Under the pieces are notes generated by a model that saw only the letters and a program-made list of their open reading frames with translations, ran no database searches and was not told the DNA's origin. Below, piece after piece: positions 62,439 to 64,000 of a stretch of DNA of 64,000 bases (position 1 is its first letter; each line of letters opens with the position of its first letter). A program made the position numbers and the translations under genes. The stretch comes from an uncultured Bacilli bacterium (GTDB taxonomy: Bacteria; Bacillota_I; Bacilli_A; RF39; UBA660): the NCBI GenBank assembly GCA_934100165.1, contig CAKOPN010000001.1, forward strand, positions 30,279 to 94,278, read 5' to 3'.

Positions 62439-62602
62439 AATATTTCTCCCCTCCTTCCGTTGTTTACTAACCAAGATTATAGCATAATAATTTTGAACAT
62501 TCAATAAAAATGTAAATTTTTTTAATAATTTTGTCGATTTTTAGTAGATATTATCAACGTTTTCTATTTTTTTAAGAGGAATTCAAAAGAAAAAAGGAAG
62601 CA

Positions 62603-64000
62603 TTAAACTTCCTGAATTACAGTTATAACCATTGGCTTACATTCTGTTTCTTTGTAAAAATACTTACCTAATCTTTCACGAACTTCATTCTTTATATTTG
62701 TATAATCTACTTTTTTGCTATCTGGTTCGATATTAGCATTTATTACTTCTAAACAGATTTTTTCAGTTTCTTTTATTAAGTCTCCGCTTTCTTTAACATA
62801 GACAAAACCTCTTGTAAGTATCTCTGGTCCTGCTAAAACTTCTTTTGTTTTTTTACTTAATGTGCAGCTAACAATGACAATACCATTTTCTCCAAGCATT
62901 TCACGATCTTTAAGTACAAGATCACCGATATCTCCTTGACTCTTACCATCAATTAAGATTTCATCAACTGGAACATGTTCAAATGTATCTACTAGTTTTC
63001 CATCAACAAATGTAGCTACATCACCATTTTGTTTTAAAATTATATTTTCTTTTGGTATTCCAAGTCTTTCTGCTATTTCCGCATTCATAACTTGATGACG
63101 ATACTCACCTTTTACCGGAAAATAATATTTTGGATTTATAAGGTTAATCATAAGCATTAAATCTTCTCTTGAAGCGTGGTGTAAAAGATGCTTTTTAGCA
63201 TTCAAACATACTGCATTAACATCTTTCTTAGCAATTTCATCCATAACTAGTGCAGTTCTTTTTTCCATTCCTTCATAAGGTGGTTCTGTTATAAATATTG
63301 TATCAGTGTTTTTAAGTTTTATGTATTTATCAAACCCTTTTAAGATTCTTTCTAAGTTCATAAAAGGTTTTTCTTTTTCATCTGATATAAGTATTACAAC
63401 ATCTTTATCATTTACATTAGTCAAATCCCCTATTTTATTTTTGTCAAATGAAATATATCCAAGTTCAATAGATTTATTTATTATACTTTGAAGAGATTTT
63501 CCCATTACAACAACTTTTCTATGTGTTTTACTAACTTCATCTAAAATTTCTTGTACTCTATAAATATGTGCCGTCATAATTGTAGCAATTATTCTATTTT
63601 CATTTTTAGCAAGTACATCTCTAATAAATCCAGATACTCTATTATTTGGGCTAGTATGTCCTTCTTTTTCAGCATATATTGATTCTGATAGAAGACATAA
63701 AACGCCTTGTTTACCAACATAAGCAAGCTTTCCTATATCTGTTTTATATGATCCCATCATTGTAGAATCAAATACAAAGTCGCCTGTGTACACAATTGCA
63801 CCGTCTTTTGTATATAATACATAACAAACAGCATCAGGAATAGAATGTGTAACATTTATTGGAAATACTACTAAATCTCCAAAAGTAATCTTAGAATGGG
63901 GTCTTATTTCTTTAAGCTTAGTAGCTTTCACTCCACTTTCTTCCAAGTCCTCTTTTAATATTTCCATAGTAAACTTAGTAGCATATATAGGTAAATCTGG
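62603..64000 (-). CDS. rnj: Ribonuclease J (5' end outside the window; the frame stays open through nt 64000)
   Basis: beta-CASP and C-terminal domain. The upstream in-frame ...PDLPIYATKF matches the RNase J metallo-beta-lactamase region. Terminator hairpin at 62585-62613 encloses the stop. Confidence 0.85.
   Translation of the reverse strand, partial: PDLPIYATKFTMEILKEDLEESGVKATKLKEIRPHSKITFGDLVVFPINVTHSIPDAVCYVLYTKDGAIVYTGDFVFDSTMMGSYKTDIGKLAYVGKQGVLCLLSESIYAEKEGHTSPNNRVSGFIRDVLAKNENRIIATIMTAHIYRVQEILDEVSKTHRKVVVMGKSLQSIINKSIELGYISFDKNKIGDLTNVNDKDVVILISDEKEKPFMNLERILKGFDKYIKLKNTDTIFITEPPYEGMEKRTALVMDEIAKKDVNAVCLNAKKHLLHHASREDLMLMINLINPKYYFPVKGEYRHQVMNAEIAERLGIPKENIILKQNGDVATFVDGKLVDTFEHVPVDEILIDGKSQGDIGDLVLKDREMLGENGIVIVSCTLSKKTKEVLAGPEILTRGFVYVKESGDLIKETEKICLEVINANIEPDSKKVDYTNIKNEVRERLGKYFYKETECKPMVITVIQEV

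Noticed and set aside
62238-62504. 88-aa version of rpsU from the ORF track
   Set aside because: The first 22 codons lack an RBS. The internal ATG at 62438 has a GGAGGG RBS and gives an S21-sized 66-aa basic protein.

Overview
The window reads as a 64 kb chromosomal segment of a low-GC (about 28% GC), spore-forming Firmicute, probably Clostridia-like, using the standard genetic code. Almost all genes are on the minus strand and it is mostly housekeeping. Read in transcriptional order the minus-strand backbone is: RNase J (partial), rpsU-yqeY, yqfC-yqfD (sporulation), vanZ-ybeY-dgkA-cdd-era-yqzL-recO, murE, a Phe T-box leader-pheS-pheT, an acyltransferase/acyl-CoA ligase/acyltransferase triad, mutS, cvpA-trx, uvrC, mutL, two tRNAs (Leu-UAG, Met/Ile2-CAU), tkt, lepA, hemW, thyX-like-tmk, tgt, the heat-shock operon hrcA-grpE-dnaK-dnaJ with tandem CIRCE operators, rarA, xerD and deoB. 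Plus-strand genes are rnhC, yigZ, an arginase-family gene, yidD plus a lipoprotein, and a few others.

Non-routine content:
- A roughly 6.5 kb accessory cluster (26092-32672) next to the tRNA genes. It encodes an orphan MutH/Sau3AI/MvaI-like PD-(D/E)xK nuclease, a small P-loop kinase-like protein, a membrane protein, a small-ORF/phosphoribosyltransferase/SLOG (LOG, TIGR00725-like) operon, a transglutaminase-like protein and two unknowns.
- That PRTase-SLOG operon is preceded by a consensus sigma-A promoter, a 21-codon leader ORF containing His-His-His, nested alternative hairpins and an intrinsic terminator. This is a ribosome-mediated attenuator-like leader, which is unusual for Firmicutes.
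- pepF sits between dnaK and dnaJ.
- An ImmA/IrrE-like, RelE/ParE-like and XRE-like triad lies beside murE.
- A divergent pair of paralogous kinase-fold proteins flanks yigZ.
- A long ThyX-like protein carries a Cys-rich tail.

The supplied ORF track sometimes begins at TTG/GTG (shown as M). I adjusted starts where an ATG with a ribosome-binding site (RBS) was evident. All coordinates were counted by hand and may be off by a few nucleotides.
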